From Thecamonas trahens ATCC 50062 (lineage: Eukaryota; Protista; Apusomonadida): a stretch of 64,000 bases of DNA. The stretch is from assembly GCF_000142905.1 (NCBI RefSeq), contig NW_013657665.1:283689-347688 (forward strand), written 5' to 3'. A model generated the notes under the pieces. That model was not told where the DNA came from, did not search any database, and worked only from the letters and a program-made list of their open reading frames with translations. Shown one piece after another: positions 21,301 through 32,416 of this stretch. The translations under genes and the position numbers were made by a program. Positions within the stretch are counted from its first letter, which is position 1, and every line of letters begins with the position of its first letter.

Positions 21301-24300
21301 CAACCCAGCGCACGTGTACGGCAAGCGAGCGGCTTCGCTCCTTGCAACACTCATCAACGCCATCTTCAACGCGCCTGGCCTAATGTCGGCTGGTGCGCTT
21401 GCGGCGTCGCTTGACACTGCCTTTATCCACAACCTCATGTCGCAGGTCGCCGAGCTCGCGGCGCCGCAGCCTGGCGGGGCGATTTCGACCTCGCTAGTCA
21501 TGTCGCGGCCAAAGCCGCCGTCGTCGTCGCGCGGAACGCTCATTGCCAACTGCCACTACGCCGCCACGCCTAAGGTGCTGCGGTTTGAGGTCGAGGCCGA
21601 GGGCCCGTACCAGGTTGCCGTCTACTGCGTCGACTACAACACCAACCGCCGCATCCAGTCGCTCACCGCGTATCTCGGCGACGACCACTCGCTCGGTGCG
21701 CCGCCCAAGGAAGAGGGCGTCGAGCACGAGGCCGCGGTCATCCTCTCGGGCCCGCAGTTTCACAACGGGCAGTGGGTGGTGTGGAATGTGTACGGCAAGG
21801 GCGCGTTCAACATCCGAATCGCTGTCGTCGACACCGGAGGGCCGAACTGGACTTTCTCGGCCTTTCTCCTCGACCCGCTTAGCCCCGGCGATAGCGAGCC
21901 TCCAGCTGGCGCCGACCTCGCGTTTCCGACGCTCGCTGCCATTGACTCGTCAACTCAGGGCCGGTGGCGCGGAGTCTACGGCTCTGGCGGCGGTGTGCTG
22001 CTGGGCAAGACCAACTATCCGGTTCCGTCGTCGGTGCCGAGCATGGGCCTCGGGGCGTGGACGACAAACAAGGCGTCCAAGTATGAGTGGATTTCCGAGC
22101 TCACTTCGGACCCGCGGGCGATGCAACAGGTCGGTGCTGAGCCGCTGGCGGCAGCAGCCGCCGCGGCGGAGCCGGAGCCGCTAGCTAGCGGCAAGCCTGA
22201 GCCCGAGGTTGACTCGACTGAGCCGTGCGAGCCCGAACTTGCCATTGCGGCGGCCGCGAGCCACGCAGCATCCGCGGATGCCGAGTGTGTGGTGCCTGCG
22301 GCGCTGCTTGAAGGCGTTGCCGGCTCGACGTCCAAGTCACTCATCGAGATGCTGTTTGCATCTGTTAGCTCGTCGGCAGACCTTGTCCGCAGCGTGCTCG
22401 AGTACGCGCGCGACGGCTCGAGCTTTGCTGACTGGCTTCGCGCCACGCTTGTGGGCTCTGCCGACGCCGGGGTGCGGTCTGGAGTCCGCGATGGGCTCCT
22501 TGGCCTTGGCGCCACACCGGCGGGTGCGGAGCTGCGGACGCTTCTCGAGGCCGAGCTGACTGAGCTCGGGGCGCTGCGTGCGAGCACGCCGATGCCGGAC
22601 CTCACCCAGTTCTTTGACGTGGTTGTGGCGCTTGAGGCACAGGTGGCGACGCCGCCGCTGGCACTGTTTGAGGCTGTGGCGCGGAGGGTGCTCGAGGCGC
22701 CGATCTTGGAAGACGACGACGGCGAGGTTGAGGACACGCTCCTCGGTGGTGAGCTCCGGCTGCTTGCGCTCTTTCTGGAGAAGCACGAGGCGTGCCGCAA
22801 GGCGGCCGGCAAGCTGCGGCTCGAGCCGTTCCTCTTTGACGTGGCGCTGTTTGGCGAGCCAGAGAGCCGCGACGAGCCGGCGCTCCCGCTGTGCAAGTCG
22901 CCGCAGGCGCGGGCGCCTGCCTTTGGGGCGCTCGTCACGCTTACGCTCGCAAGCGACAAGACGGCGACGATGGTGGCCAAGCTACTGAGCCACCTCAAGA
23001 GCGCGGCGCTGCCGACCGGCGAAGAGTGGAACGTGGATCCGGCAAATCCGACCGGAACCACGGCAGCGGCCGATGCGTTGACTGGATATGGGCGCGGGAG
23101 CGGACGGAGCGAGCGGAGCGTGTGCAAGTACCGTGGGCTCAAGAACCAGGGCTGCACCTGCTACATGAACGCGTCGCTGCAGCAGATGTTCCTCATCCGT
23201 GAGCTCCGCGACGCGGTGCTCAATGTGCCATTGCCTGGCGAGGCGTCGGACGATGAGCAGGCCAAGAACATCATGTTCCAGCTCCAGCTCCTCTTTGCGC
23301 ACATGCAAGAGTCGAAGGAGAGCTACGTCGATACCATCGGGTTCTGCCGGACGGTGAAGATGAACGGCGATTTCATCCGGCTCGGACAGCAGGAGGATGC
23401 CAACGAGTTCCTCAACGGGTTGGTCGACCAGCTCGAGCCGCACCTCAAGGGCACGCCGCAAGAGCACGTTTTCCGCGACGTGTTTGGCGGGACGTACATG
23501 AACCAGATTGTGTCGAAGGAGTGCGAGCACATCTCGGAGCGGCCCGAGGAGTACCTCACCATCTCGGTCAAGGTGCAGGGCAAGCGGAACTTGCAGGAAG
23601 GCCTCGAGTTTCTGGTCCAGGGTGACATGCTCGACGGCGACAACAAGTACCACTGCGAAAAGTGCGACGCCAAGGTGGCCGCCAACAAGCGGTGCGTCAT
23701 CCAGCACCTGCCCAACACGCTTGCACTGCACCTCTGCCGGTTTGAGTTTTCTTTTGAGACCTTCCAGAACGTCAAGGTCAACGACCGCTTCGAGTTCCCA
23801 GAGACGCTCAACATGAAGCCGTACACCCGTGAGGGTCTCGCGCTCGCCGAGGGTCTCCCGGTCAACGACGATGAGATCCGTCCCGACTCGTACTACGAGT
23901 ACCAGTTGGCAGGCGTGATCATCCACTCGGGCACGGCCAATGCTGGGCACTACTTTTCGTACATTCGCGAGCGCGACGGCGAGCCGTCGATCGCGCCGTG
24001 GTACGAGTTTAACGACCGGCGTGTCTCGCCGTTTGCCAAGGACGATCTCGCCGACAAGGCCTTTGGCGGCGCGTACTCGGGCATGTCGACCCACTCCAAG
24101 TCGTTCTCAGGCTACATGCTCTTCTACGAGCGCAAGGAGCGGTTCGCGGCACGGGTGTACGACTCAGTCCCACTCCCGCCGCCGTCGCCGGTCTCGCACG
24201 ACCCGGTTATTCTGGCCAAGCTCTGGCACGACGCCATCAAGCGTGCCCAGCGCCGTCGGCTGCTCGGCGCCCCGTCGTTGGCCTTTATGTGGGATGTGTT

Positions 24301-25606
24301 CAAGGCTGCGCCGCCGTCGATGGCCACCGTCGAGCTCGGAACGTCGCTCATGTTTGACCTCCTCTGCCACTGCGCCGGCATCGACGACATGGCCGAGCGT
24401 ATGCGCTACCTGCAGACGCTCCTCCTCGACTCGGAGCCGGAGCTCGCATCCGAGGCTTGCGCGTGGATGCTGAAGCAGCTGGCTTCGGTCCTGTGTGACT
24501 GGCTGCGCAATGTGCTCGTCAAGTGCCCCCTGCCAGACGTCCGAGACGCGGCTTCGGACCTGGTCATTGCGGTTATGGCGCGGGTGGCTGCCGACGAGGC
24601 TGCCGTCGCTGCCGCCGCGCCGCCGGCCGCCGCCGATGACGAGGCTGCCGCCACTAAGCCGCCGCTTGTCGAGGAGTTTGGCTCGCGAGTGGTCAAGGTC
24701 CTGCGTCTTGCAGCTTACCGATCGCCCAAGACCACCGGGGCGCTCGTCCGGGTGCTCAAGGCATACGCCGAGTCTGGGCCGGCGGCACGGTCGTCGCTGG
24801 TCGGCATCGGTGCCGTCAAGGAGTTGTGCCAGCTGTACATGGCGTGGAAGACGCCGGTGATGGGGTCAAAGAGCGAGAGCGACGCGGCGCCGGCCCAGCT
24901 CCCGCTGGTGGAGCTCATTGTCCTCCTTGCCACCGCCGACGACATTGCGTCGGTCGAGCTGAGCGAGGCCGACGTCGAGAAGCTGTTTGAAAAAGCATTT
25001 GTGACTGCGGTGTCGGGCGTGCCGGCATATTCTGACCTTGTCGCCGCGCTCATCGCGCGGTGGTGCCCGTCGAACGAGCTGCTCTCGGACCGGCTCCTGC
25101 TCGGCATCTCGTCGGGTGTCAACGCGTACTTTGACACCGCGCCGCAGTCCTCGTTTGCCGCCGCTCTCGAGGCCCTGTTGGGCATCGACGACGAGCTTGC
25201 GACATCGCGAGCAACCAAGGTTGCCACTGGCCTCCTCGCCCTCCTCATCAAGAACCTCAAGCTCGCCCGCGCCAAGACCTTTATCGTCGCGCTCATTTGC
25301 CGCATCGCTCTCATCTCGCAGACTGTCCACGACGAGCTTGTCTCCGCTACTGCCTTCCTCGGCATGATCGACAAACACGCATCGTTCCGCGACTACCTTC
25401 GCAGCGACGACGTCCGTCCCTCGTTTGTCGCCGCCTTTCCCGAGCTGGAGCAGGCCATTGCCTTCCGCGACGCGTCGGTCGCAACGACCCCGGCCGACTC
25501 GCCTGCTGGCGACGCTGCCTCTACCGACCTCGATCTCACTGCGGGCGCCGATGACGACGACGACGACGCTGTCGAGGCCGTTGTTCAGGGCCCCGCACTG
25601 CCGTGA
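18338..25606 (+). CDS. Large ubiquitin-specific protease, USP9/24/34-like
   Basis: Cys box GLKNQGCTCYMNASLQQMF, QQEDANEF, His box HSGTANAGHYFSYI, WYEFND, YMLFYER; long helical N- and C-regions; likely ATG at 18338. Confidence 0.93.
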   Translation: MEVVEFETAKAGDKKYLRKYFAGLDAALSVDKSDPRPHLARMTEHMEVALATMAGKDDGEGEKAGEEMDDAAVKAAKAAAKDKKVFAEYVTETILPLIMTSLLDREYMAAAHIEAMLEFVGQVIDAVVDAIRSRKHSDAFLRSLEPLVTASMDFYTKHGVESDEDVSPEERAKFFLTTGSSTQYAYIDSTDPDDSVYFARVISQLGERGLFDAIVERVACGERLESTTLLLFVRFAKAVEDDLVPAFLTSYLPHLTSAVLRYLGSLTADEAKTQDLEDLSECLNLLAKMSKISRDAEVAALNQALQQAKLDLALTYIELPFLAPSLKGMGYLRHLMAVAAGDKDENAAFKKPKRRGNMVSYYPAAYTSPAAAVAAAALARSRGGASASSGSSSSGGEKGPIAPPTLITIPFLLRWMDDQSLMERVLKAGHPEVVKGGSHILQFIAEHDVLSNDVLDSMWSTVLTGHESIQAKIFEVFLALIDVLPTVQVDYIYSHIQALEPERFDNQVLNFVSDFTLKAVAKAEDGDDGDGGDTGDAPGASSGAGVRQPASTYGLELFWNILLTASSDAVVRETCNYLQRLLGEFPAHREAFVEKCVANLASGTIVATSVALLSSILDSYTPTSLAEALVELNDQHSLLAVLVGHVASGSPAARDDLSCILALLDSVLTSSPLELETELANSLWDAGVALGASAEVIDWFYSMSFATTLVDPYTKERSYTALPDAVKAELFTSRIASLAPADVDAPSMRLYAAYFRDVNARAGTLRKISDIMTRTLAFAGIEGESFVWQVAAINADAEVATEALFILRDVYVNVDDVVPAGAARTARARATDAILAELAKGCQLSGPRMIWLLKELVVATRAKGALQALDRSSPGGRLVTSAFDTLFGLLAEPALMDGVWELLLLLPDEPKLASAVYGLPTNEAGLELAVTPYDPAKEPGPFTFHVFYVARMIKAALAVPGWAEAFVAHGGLEYLIGVFTTKEVLDTSNPAHVYGKRAASLLATLINAIFNAPGLMSAGALAASLDTAFIHNLMSQVAELAAPQPGGAISTSLVMSRPKPPSSSRGTLIANCHYAATPKVLRFEVEAEGPYQVAVYCVDYNTNRRIQSLTAYLGDDHSLGAPPKEEGVEHEAAVILSGPQFHNGQWVVWNVYGKGAFNIRIAVVDTGGPNWTFSAFLLDPLSPGDSEPPAGADLAFPTLAAIDSSTQGRWRGVYGSGGGVLLGKTNYPVPSSVPSMGLGAWTTNKASKYEWISELTSDPRAMQQVGAEPLAAAAAAAEPEPLASGKPEPEVDSTEPCEPELAIAAAASHAASADAECVVPAALLEGVAGSTSKSLIEMLFASVSSSADLVRSVLEYARDGSSFADWLRATLVGSADAGVRSGVRDGLLGLGATPAGAELRTLLEAELTELGALRASTPMPDLTQFFDVVVALEAQVATPPLALFEAVARRVLEAPILEDDDGEVEDTLLGGELRLLALFLEKHEACRKAAGKLRLEPFLFDVALFGEPESRDEPALPLCKSPQARAPAFGALVTLTLASDKTATMVAKLLSHLKSAALPTGEEWNVDPANPTGTTAAADALTGYGRGSGRSERSVCKYRGLKNQGCTCYMNASLQQMFLIRELRDAVLNVPLPGEASDDEQAKNIMFQLQLLFAHMQESKESYVDTIGFCRTVKMNGDFIRLGQQEDANEFLNGLVDQLEPHLKGTPQEHVFRDVFGGTYMNQIVSKECEHISERPEEYLTISVKVQGKRNLQEGLEFLVQGDMLDGDNKYHCEKCDAKVAANKRCVIQHLPNTLALHLCRFEFSFETFQNVKVNDRFEFPETLNMKPYTREGLALAEGLPVNDDEIRPDSYYEYQLAGVIIHSGTANAGHYFSYIRERDGEPSIAPWYEFNDRRVSPFAKDDLADKAFGGAYSGMSTHSKSFSGYMLFYERKERFAARVYDSVPLPPPSPVSHDPVILAKLWHDAIKRAQRRRLLGAPSLAFMWDVFKAAPPSMATVELGTSLMFDLLCHCAGIDDMAERMRYLQTLLLDSEPELASEACAWMLKQLASVLCDWLRNVLVKCPLPDVRDAASDLVIAVMARVAADEAAVAAAAPPAAADDEAAATKPPLVEEFGSRVVKVLRLAAYRSPKTTGALVRVLKAYAESGPAARSSLVGIGAVKELCQLYMAWKTPVMGSKSESDAAPAQLPLVELIVLLATADDIASVELSEADVEKLFEKAFVTAVSGVPAYSDLVAALIARWCPSNELLSDRLLLGISSGVNAYFDTAPQSSFAAALEALLGIDDELATSRATKVATGLLALLIKNLKLARAKTFIVALICRIALISQTVHDELVSATAFLGMIDKHASFRDYLRSDDVRPSFVAAFPELEQAIAFRDASVATTPADSPAGDAASTDLDLTAGADDDDDDAVEAVVQGPALP

Positions 25607-25697
25607 TAAAAGTTGGCAACCTCGTGTGGTTGAGCATGCCGTGCACGCCAGCTGGCTCGGGAGGCGAAACCTCGTAGATAAGCGCGCCTCTTGCCGA

Positions 25698-25772
25698 ATT
25701 GGGCAAATGCCGCCGCCAATCGGGAGTGGGCAGCCAATTTACCCCATTTTTTCAAGCCCTCGCTCTGATTGG
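25698..25772. promoter_or_regulatory. Cluster of four CCAAT boxes upstream of the receptor kinase
   Basis: ATTGG 25698, CCAAT 25716, CCAAT 25734, ATTGG 25768 within a lower-GC spacer. Confidence 0.45.
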
Positions 25773-25984
25773 TGTTGCCACAGAGCAGTGGGAAATAGCC
25801 CGCTCGGGCCTTGGTATTCCACCTAGCCAACGGTAACTCTCTCGCTGCATTGACCTTGTCGGTCTTTGTACGCATGGACCGTGGCGAGGCCGCTCATCCC
25901 CAGAGCCTCGGGGTCCTGCCCTCGACACACCATCCAATGTCGTTTATGGGAGCTTGGAACAAAGGTTGCCGCACGTCAGGCGAG

Positions 25985-28900
25985 ATGGGCCCTCGTCCTG
26001 CCGAATCCGCTACGGCCTGCGTACTCGGTTCCGTGGCGAGAAGAACCGAAGCGACGGCGTGCTTCGACAAGCACGTGTGTGGCAGGTACATTCATAGTCG
26101 TTGGCGCCTTGACGTCGTCTTGGCGCTCGTGGTTGTCGTCTGTTTGGCGTTTGCCGCCCCGTCACTTGCTCGCCGCCGCCGCCGCCTCCACCCAATCCGC
26201 CGCCGCCACTGCCGCCGCCGCCGCCACCCGCTCCTGGCGGCTTTCCAGGTGGTCTCTCGGGCCGTAACGGAGTGCCTGATCCGCATCTTCGGATGTATGG
26301 ACTTTATCCGGTCAACTCGTCGCCGGATCGGTCGCTGATGGCGCTCACCAACGCCTTCAACACTAGGCCCAACGCGACGGTAGTGGTCGACTACTTTGCC
26401 TTCCCGGCGCCGACGACGCTCGAGCAGTATATGCCGTGGCTGGAGGGTGTGGGCGGGTCACCGGACGTTGTGACCTCGTTTCCGCGGCGTGGCGAGTCGG
26501 TGCTCAACGGCGAGCACATGGTTGCACTTGATAGCGTGTGGGAGAAGGCCGCGCTCTCATCGCGGGTTCCGCCGGTTGTCGACGACAATCTGTCCGGCAG
26601 TGACGGTTCACGCTACGCTGTCCCACTGCTTGTCGAGGTGGCAACGTGCACGTATCGAGCGTCGATGTTTGAGGCGCTTGGCATCCCGCAACCGCCCGCA
26701 ACGTGGACCGAGCTCCTGGCGTTGTGTGAGCAGGTGGTTGGCAATGGCATGGCGTGCCTCGCTACGGACATGTCTCATTTTGAAGCCTCTGTCTACTTTG
26801 ATTTTCTCGTCATCCGCATGCACGGCAACGAATTTTACAACAACTGGGTCAACGGCCTCGTCTCGTGGCTCGAGCCAGAGATGCAGGCGACGCTGCGTGA
26901 AGTGCTTGTTCTCCGGAAGCGTGGCTACTTTGCGCCTCTAATCCGCAATGAGGCTCCTGTCATGCCGTCAGCTGTAGACGTTGTCAACAACGCATCGCTC
27001 ATCTACTGTGGCCTGGACGCCGCGCTGGGCATGCACCAATCGATGCGCCCGCCGCCCGACTTTGTGGCGTTTCCGTTTCCGGTTTATGATGGTAAGCATG
27101 GGACCACGGGAATGGCCATGCCGCCGCTGGCCAGCGATGGCGCACCAACTGCATTTCTCTCGCTGGCGGTGCCAGTCCGCGGCCTCTTCACCGATCTTGC
27201 CGTCTCATTTCTGGAGTATTCGCTTGAGCCGTCGACTCTGGCGCTCATGAGCGGGACCATGATCTCGGGCGTCTCGCCCTGGGTCACTTCACCGCTCGGG
27301 TCACGGTCGCCGCGCGAGCAGGTCTTGTACGACATTATGGTGAGCGCGTCGTCTTCGTGTCTGCCACTCTCGCGGTGGTCGTTCAAGTTCACCGAGTTGA
27401 CCACTATGTGGAGTTCGTTCCTCACCGATTTCAACCACGCGGCAACGGGAGACGAAGCAGAAGCGCTAGCGGTGGCACAATGGCCGCAAATGGAGGCGCT
27501 GCGGCTCTCGGTAGTGTTTGGCGTGACAGCGCTACCTGTGGCCACGCCGTCGGGCGGCACGTTTTCGGGCATGATCTCGGTCTCACTCGTCTCTTACACG
27601 GCCGACGCCGATATTTACTACACGCTAGATGGAAGCCGGCCGACGCAGGGTTCTCCGACATACGAGGCGCCAATTTTGTTGAGTGCACCAGGCGAGACCC
27701 GGCTGCGGGCAATGGCTGTCGCCTTTGGCTTGCGACCGTCGACCGAGATTAACCTCGCGTACATAGTGGTACGCAACGTGGCGACGCCCGATTCGCCGGG
27801 CGACAGCATCAAGATCACGACGGTGGTAGGCGTGGCGCTGCCACTGGCGCTGCTTGTCATGGCGGTGGTAGCATGCGCAGTGCTTTATGCGCGGCGGCGG
27901 CGGGCCCACGTGTACGCGCTTACCTCGGATCCGGACCTCATTGTCCCCAGCGAGGATCTGCAGGTGTTGGAAGTCATTGGGATTGGCTCGTTTGGCACTG
28001 TCTACCGTGGGCGCTGGCGGGCTATGAACGTGGCTGTCAAGCAGCCGCGTAAGCTCGTCGGCGATGGCATGGTCTCGCCACGGATGGGTACTGACTCCGA
28101 CTTTAGCAGCTCAAGCCTCTCCGGACAGCTCAAAGCGTTTGTGGAGGAGGCAGGCATGCTGCTCCGGCTGCGGCACCCAACGTGGTCATTTTCATGGGCA
28201 TCACCCTTGACCCTCCGCAGCTGGTCACCGAGCTAATGGAGCGTGGCTCGCTGTACAAGGTGCTCCACACGCCTGAACTCTTCCTCGACCCGTCGATTGT
28301 CTTCAAGTGGGCGCACAACATGGCCCAGGGCATGCAGTATCTCGCTCATGCTGGCGTAGTCCACGGCGACCTCAAGTCTCTCAACGTGCTGTTTGACACC
28401 AACTGGGTGCCCAAGATCTGTGACTTTGGCATGTCGTCGCTCAAGCCGTCGCTCGATGCCTCACCGCTCGCGCCGTCGGTCCGTCGGCCATCACGGCGCG
28501 GTGGCGACGGGCTCGACGTCAGCCATCTCGAGAACCAACTGCCTGCTGCTCTCGGTAGCGATGGTGTGGTTTCAGGCATGGGCTCGCTCTCGGCCGGTGG
28601 CGGTGGGGCGACATCGGGTGGGACAGGCGGATGCACTTCGGGCCCCAACTCATTCTCGATGGCGCATAGGGTGGCAGCCGAGTCGTTTGGACCTAGCGGA
28701 GGTGGGACCAACAGCGGCGCTGGTGCCAATGCCGGCTCGTTGTTCTGGGCCGCTCCCGAGGTGCTGGTGCACGGCCGCGAGGCGCTGACCGTGGCGTCGG
28801 ACGGCTACTCGTTTGGTGTGACGCTTTGGGAGCTCGCCACGCGCGCAGACTTGTACCTCGGCGAGAATCCGCTTGCGGTGGCGCTCGAGGTGGTCTCGGG

Positions 28901-31415
28901 CCGGCGCCCAGACGTCTCCGAGGTCCCGCTGGTGTTTGAGAGTCTCAAAAGCGTGATGAACTCGCTTTGGGTCCACGAGCCGAGCGAGCGGATGCCGCTC
29001 GACGGAGTCGTGGTGCAACTTGGCGCACTGTACTCGAGCGAGCAGGTGGTTTACCCGCGGAGCCGACACGTGCTACCGGGCGTGATCACGGTGGTCCACT
29101 GCGAGCTTCGTGGTGCGTTCGATGCGCTGCTTTCGTCAGCCCATGTGGGCATGGCGCGGCTGCTGGCGTTTCATGATGGCCTTCCGGCGGCAGCGGCGCG
29201 AGCAGGCGGCGCGATTCTCGAGTGGGGCCTGGGCTGGGTCACTATTGCGCTCCACCGGCCGGTGCAGGCACTCGACTTGTTCCGCCTTCTGAAAGAGGTG
29301 GAGCGTTCGTCTGGCCCGATTTCGTCGCTCGCGGCACGGGCACATCTGGTTCCTGTCCGCGATGACGTGGGCGAGCAGACGATGTCTGGGCAGGTCATGC
29401 AGGCCATCTCGCAGTATTGGTCGCTGTTGTTTGGCACGTTTCGCAACGCTGAATATGTGTCGCGCACGGCTCGTCTGCCGCTCTCTGTCGGCTGGTCGCC
29501 GTTTGTGCCCGGCGGCGTGTTTGTTACGACCCAGCTTGCGGCGTTTCTCGCGGACGAGCCTGGAGTGACGCTCCGCCCACTTGCACTGGATTTAGATGTG
29601 GCCATGCTGTCTGCGCCGCGTGTTCACGAGCTCATGAGTAAGTTTTCTGGGACAGGTGAGGCGTACGATGACTCGCATCCGGGCATGGATGCGACTGCGC
29701 GGACGATGGCGCCGCTGTTCCAGCTGCTACGACCGGGTGAGCCTCCAGTCGACAACCTGGCGCCTGGCCTCGGCGGCGGGGCGCAGACGGTGTCGGCGAC
29801 AGCCTCGGGCCTCCTCTTCATCTCGACTGCCGAGTCGGCCTCGCAACGGTCTGGCTCGATGTCGGATCCTGCCCTCACCTCGGAAGGCTTTGCCGCACGT
29901 TCGACCGAGGCGGTGCCACCACGGGCGGGTGTCCCGTCGATGTCACGCTCGCGGCCTAAGATGCATCCTCCCAGGAAGCTGGTGGCCACCTCGGCTGGCT
30001 CGCAGACGAGTGGAACAAGCGGAACGAGCGGAACGAGCGGAACGACTGGGACGGAAGCATCGAGTGATGCCTGTTGCAAGAGCGGTGGCACGAATGCGCA
30101 TGAGAGCGAGAGTGAGAGCGAGAGCGAGAGCGAGGCATCGTCTAAGCTCGACTCAGGCTCTGGGTCACTGTCGTCGGTGTCGCGAACAGTGTCAACATCG
30201 AGCTCGTCGAGCTCGTCGACGACGCGGCAGGCGACCACGGTCTGCGGCTCTTCGTCGAGCAGCCAGGCGTGTGTGGCGGCGCCGCCACGGCAGCCGTCGC
30301 CACGGCAGCCGTCGCGAGGCTCGACGCTCACTATCTCGTCGCGAATTCTTGCGACAAGCGCGCGGTCGTCGGCGGAGGAGCTGACAGTGGAAACGCTGTC
30401 GCTGCGGACGCCCAACTCGCTGGCGGCGCCGCTCTCGCCGGCTCTGCCGATCATGGCAGTCCTCACGCCAGACGACGTCAAGTCGTTGCTGGGGCAAGGC
30501 CAGCAGACGCGGACGGGCTCGTACGCGCGGGTCCAGGCTGCACGATGGACAAACCCGAAGGGCAAGCTGAAGGGCGTGCAGGTCAAGGTGCTGCTCCGGC
30601 AGGTGTTTGCGCCGGCAGAGCTTGTGGTGTTTGCGACGGTTGCGGCGCAGGCGGCGCACGCGTCGTCGGTCTCGCTCGTCGGGCCGGTGGCGATCTGCGT
30701 CGACAGGCCGTACATTGCGCTTGTCTTTCCGCGGTTTGCCGACGGCTCGCTCGCAGACCTCATGGGCCACCCGGCGGAGGCGAGTGGTTCAGGATCGAGC
30801 CCACCGCCGCGGAAGCGGCGGCAGGACCTCTCCTCACTCACCGTCCAACAGTGTGTCATCGGCCTCGCTGCGGCGCTGGTCGAGCTCCACGCGACCACGT
30901 CTGAGGGCCACGGCGCGCTGCGGCCATCGAACATCCTGGTGAGGCGGTCGCGGCGCAACCTATCGATTCATCTCACTGACTTTGGCCTCGAGTCGATCAA
31001 GACCAATATGGGCACAATGACCATGGTTCCGTCGGTCCCGTACATGTCGCCCGAAGCGCTCGGTGGCCAGGCGTCGACGCCTGGCGGTGACATCTTTGTC
31101 TTTGGCTCGATCCTGTTTGAGCTCGTCTCGGGCCGCAAAGCCTTCTGGGGCTCCAACGCGCTCGAAGTCTGTGTCCGCATTCAGTCGGGCTCGCGGCCGC
31201 CGATTGAGCCGACCGATGTCCCGTCGGTTGCGCTGCGCTCGCTCATCCAGCGGTGCTGGGCGGCCGAGCTCGCCGATCGTCCCACCGCCACCGAGCTTGC
31301 CACCGAGTTATCCGGTATGGACACCGCAGACTTTGCGCGCGGCAACGGCATAGCCGCTGACACTCAACCGCACCGCAGGCGACGACGGCGGCGGGGCCGC
31401 GGTGGACACGGCTGA
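25985..31415 (+). CDS. Receptor-type TKL kinase: signal, solute-binding protein, Fn3-associated domain, TM, kinase, degenerate class III cyclase-like region, pseudokinase; two apparent -1 frameshifts (26157-26160, 28176-28178); start uncertain
   Basis: SBP motif DGSRYAVP...MFEALGIPQPPATWTELL; IYYTLDGSRP; TM VVGVALPLALLVMAVVACAVLY-RRRR; GIGSFG/VAVK/HGDLKSLN/DFG/WAAPE; second kinase HGALRPSN/DFG/YMSPE. Confidence 0.85.
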
Positions 31416-31507
31416 ACGCGCCATAAATCACCTGGGACAAGGGACAAGCAACCTGCCTACTACCTACCTTTCTACACTTGACTCTGTCGTCTGCACTGCA
31501 CTTGGCT

Positions 31508-32151
31508 ATGACCACGGTGGTGATGGCGACTGCCACCGATGAGAACAATCCGGTTAGTAATGTGTTGTCTGCGTACGTTGTGTGTGTGTGTGGTGGGGGG
31601 TGGGGGGGGGGGAGGGGGGAAGGTCATGGTTGTTGGGTGGGTGGGGCTGGGCGTATGTTCCGGGGCTGGGTATGAGAGCGTGGACGTGCGTGTGGGCAAG
31701 GGTGTGGGCAAGGGTTTGAGCTCGGGCTCGGGCTCGGGCTCGGGCATGGGCAAGGTGGGCAGGGGAGAGGGAGGGGGGGGGCGGGGAGGGGGGGGAATGG
31801 GCACGACTCACTCAGCTGGCTTGTTGTGACAGCGATCTGTCGTCGGCGTGGACTACCACGGGGCTCTATCCGCACGCGGTGGCTGTGCCCTTTCCCGATG
31901 ATGTCGCAGCGCCGGCTTTTGTCCGCGTCTGGTGCTCGGGCGTGCGCGAGGTTGCGGTTGAGGGCGTGGCTGTGACCGACACTGCGCGTGAGCCTGTAGA
32001 GGTTGCGGTCCGGACGCTCGATTCTTTGCGCGAGATCCAGATGGAGGTCTTTGACCTTTCATCGCTCCCGGCTTGGGCCACGGCCGTCCGCATCACCATC
32101 CTCGACGGTTTTGGCCCCTTTGCCGCCATTCACCGCATCGCAGTCGAGTAA
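31508..32151 (+). CDS. IFT25: Intraflagellar transport protein 25 (HSPB11); 2 exons (31508-31572, 31833-32151)
   Basis: Phase-2 intron 31573-31832 (GTACGT...GACTCAC...CAG) gives MTTVVMATATDENNPVSNVLSADLSSAWTTTGLYP...RITILDGFGPFAAIHRI, matching the IFT25 pattern (ATS.DE.HP..N....WTTTG.FP...F..F.SVH). Confidence 0.85.
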
Positions 32152-32416
32152 GTGGCAGTCGAGTGCATCGACCACCACTACATGTAGACTGTGCCACTGG
32201 CATCAGCGCACGCTGCCTACCGCCTCACCCTTGACCGTCTCGCCCTCGATTCGCCTCGCCCTTTACCGCCCCATCGACTACAACGCTGACCCTACATCCA
32301 CACTATCCGCCCCTCTCCTCACCACTGCACACCGCACACCGCACAACAACAATAATCCCTCTGCATCATCTCGCCCCCCCCCCTCTCCTCCCCGCAAACC
32401 ATGCCCGCCTGCTTAT

